A stretch of 64,000 nucleotides of DNA from Stylophora pistillata (Eukaryota), in assembly GCF_002571385.2 (NCBI RefSeq), contig NW_019217851.1, positions 346,971 through 410,970 of the forward strand, written 5' to 3'. The first letter of the stretch is position 1; each line of letters opens with the position of its first letter. The notes beneath the pieces are model-generated. The model was not told the origin of the DNA. It saw only the letters and a list, made by a program, of their open reading frames with translations, and ran no database searches. Position numbers and translations under genes: made by a program. Shown here piece after piece: positions 61,363 through 64,000 of the stretch.

Positions 61363-62697
61363 TAAAACATCGTAGCAACATGACAACGAAAGAGTTCTTC
61401 CATTCAAAAGATAGTCAAACATGAAAACCTCACAACAGGAGTATACAATCAATTACTTCTCCAGTTGCTGTTAACTTTCAGATCTAGAGCTTTATCTCAC
61501 AACTGCTCGGATTATGTATTTAGCTCCTTGAAACCATACCGAGATCATTAACATTTTTTTACGTACTTTTCCCAAGAACTTCACGTAACAAAGGAAGAAA
61601 CTGAATAAATCACCACAAGCATAAACCAAGAGATATGGAGCTACATTTTTACAACTCTCTCTCGCCAGGGGTTGATTCAAAACACAATTTCGTCACAGTT
61701 GATTGCCATTTTCATCACTTGGCGTCGAATAGCGTGAGTCGTTTTCAATTTCTTTTTTTTTTTTTTTCACTGAGCTGAAAAGCTGAGTTAATTGAATAAA
61801 TGTGTGAATTTACCGGCAAACTTACTTTTATTCCATTGAAAATTGAAAACCCCGGTTTAACGTACTAAAATATAAATAAACATTAGGCGGTTCCCTTAGT
61901 AATATGTCTTCAATACCATGAACGCCAAACAATTACCTATTTTCAACTAACAAATTTGCACTGTTGAGTTGGGTCGAGATAAAGGACGAGTCAGGCATCG
62001 GAGGCAAAAGCAGAGTTTTAATAGGTAACCATTTCTTTAAATTTCATTCACACTAATCCCTCCCTTTCCAAAGCACAATTGGAGCCTCTTTATTCGAGTA
62101 TACCAAAACGGGTTTCTCGGATTACAAGATATAAGTAACGTGACTTCTCTCTCACCCACAAAAAAGAAACCTTAGATGCGTTGACAGGAGAAAACTGGCT
62201 TGAATCTCTCCAAATAAACACTACAGTCAGTTTTAACGAATGAAATTTAAAATAATACACCTTGTTTATTTCGGTAAGTGATCTGAAACGTCCATTTCAA
62301 GAAATTTCTTACAGAGACTTCAACTCCTTAACTCTGACTGAAATTTCTGTTATGAAATAAAGGAGAAAATTCGTATCGCTCACCTGACCCATTGCAGAAG
62401 TTCTAAGAAATAACAATTATTTGAATCAACAGAAATTACCTAACAGAGTCCGCGATCAGTGCTTCATTTTACTTGATGTTCAGAAATAAGTGTTTCATTA
62501 TCAATTTTATCTTGTTATCTTTTATGGTAATGTTTTGTAACTTTTCGGGTTGTATGGGTTTCACTAGAACGATTATTTCATCTCACAAATAGGAAAGTTT
62601 CATTTCAGAAACAGCTTTTGTCCTAAAAACGATATAAAGGAAAACCCAATTTACAAATATATAGACACATAAAATTATTTCGTACAAGCGAGGAATT

Positions 62698-63146
62698 ATG
62701 CACCGACCAATTTGAAGCTTCAAAATCCCCCAGGCAACCCACGGCCATCTGCCCGTCGTCCATGCCCGGTGGGTGAGAAATTTGAATCTTGCTAAGGTGG
62801 GGTGGGGCATTTGAAGCGGAGATGTGAAGTCTTTTCAGCGCAATAGACGTGTTTTAGTGAAAGGTAAAGAGTCTGCTTTTATGAGCGAATAGTTTAGAAA
62901 GACAATTTTCACATCGTATAATGATGCTTACAAGCCAAATACCCAAAAGCAGCACCAAAAACTAAAACGTGACTTTGTGCAGTAAATTCTAAAACATTCG
63001 TCGTTGATCAATGAACAAATAATCGTTCAATATTGGATGGGGCATTGGAACGCAATTTTGGCCCGGACGTGGGGAGGCGGGGAGCCACAGTCTCCAAAAG
63101 TTCAAATGCCCGGGGGGATGTTGAAGCTTCGAATTGATCGACGCAT
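62698..63146. mobile_element. MITE with ~34-bp imperfect TIRs
   Basis: atgcaccgaccaatttgaagcttcaaaatccccc versus reverse-complemented right end atgcgtcgatcaattcgaagcttcaacatcccccc. Confidence 0.75.
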
Positions 63147-63374
63147 TTTAAGATGTTGTTTTGTGGTAATGGTTGGCCAGTTTTTTAATGTTATCAAAAG
63201 GTTCTGTATCAATAAACAATTCACAAGCATCAACTTCTTGTGACAGCAAGTAAAATATCTTTATCTCATCAAGATACATCATGGCAAAAAAGACCTTTTT
63301 TGTTTTGTTTCGTATGAGTACATCAGTAAACTGGTTGTCATAATAATCATTTCCGGGAGAAGCAGGCAGTGAGG

Positions 63375-63513
63375 ATGCCCAGTTCCAAAGCCGTGCGCGG
63401 AGTTCTTCTGGGTACAGTCATTGGCTTGGCATTAGCAGGACTTTTTATTGTGTGGAGCGGAAAAGACACTTACATAAAGTATGAATCAGGACATTTGGGG
63501 AGCTACGTCAATG
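63375..63513 (+). CDS. Probable first coding exon of a type II membrane protein; gene would continue beyond the window
   Basis: MPSSKAVRGVLLGTVIGLALAGLFIVWSGKDTYIKYESGHLGSYVN: short basic N-tail, then one TM helix, then a GTATGG donor at 63514. This architecture is typical of Golgi glycosyl- or sulfotransferases, but the family cannot be identified from this exon. Confidence 0.55.
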
Positions 63514-64000
63514 GTATGGAAGATAGAATCACTGTTCCAATGATTATCGCCAGATATTTTACCTGCTTTCTGTGCTTTTAAGTTCTTAATTTAGCAATTC
63601 AATACATGTACATCGTCTCTATTGTCTAAAAAAATAGAAATAGAGGCTGAGTACAAGTTGAATTTTGCCATGTACCTTTTAATCAGCGTAATTTCGTTTG
63701 TGGAAAGTTTTTTCCGTATTAACTTGACATATTCAAATGTCAGGCATATGTCAGAAATGTACCACATGCAGTCGCTGTACAGTGTAACTTTCTCAGTCTA
63801 TATACATCTCTCTGGGTAGGTAGATAGCCTAACACCATCATGTTAACTGCTATGATGCTGTTATAATAATGTGGCCGTGTTATCAACTAACTTGATGGGT
63901 TATTTTTTTCTGTGGTAGACCTAATGTCACTGACTGTCACTAACACTGTCACCCGGCCCCAGATCCCCTTTCTGTTTCCTTTCCCTGCTGATCGCCCTGT

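Overview
Eukaryotic (animal) genomic DNA, AT-rich and intron-dense. The interspersed-repeat families resemble those I recall from stony corals (Scleractinia, possibly Pocilloporidae); this is inference. About 51 kb is one complete axonemal dynein heavy chain gene on the minus strand (DNAH6 orthologue; 54094 to 2957). I traced 95 coding exons by hand, all GT-AG, totalling 12,567 nt (about 4,188 aa), with four AAA P-loops and the frame preserved across an N-gap in an intron. About 2.8 kb upstream, head-to-head, is a two-exon gene (56874-58501, +, about 369 aa) for a large-pore channel. Its motifs match chordate pannexins better than typical invertebrate innexins, and it is the most interesting item here. 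A probable first exon of a type II membrane protein begins at 63375. Non-coding DNA holds tRNA-derived SINEs, piggyBac- and hAT-like MITEs, fold-back elements, several tandem arrays, two hammerhead-ribozyme-like relics and two tiny TSD-flanked insertions of the same element end. The 5' ~13 kb of the dynein gene is strongly CpG-depleted. No CRISPR, rRNA or true tRNA gene is supported.
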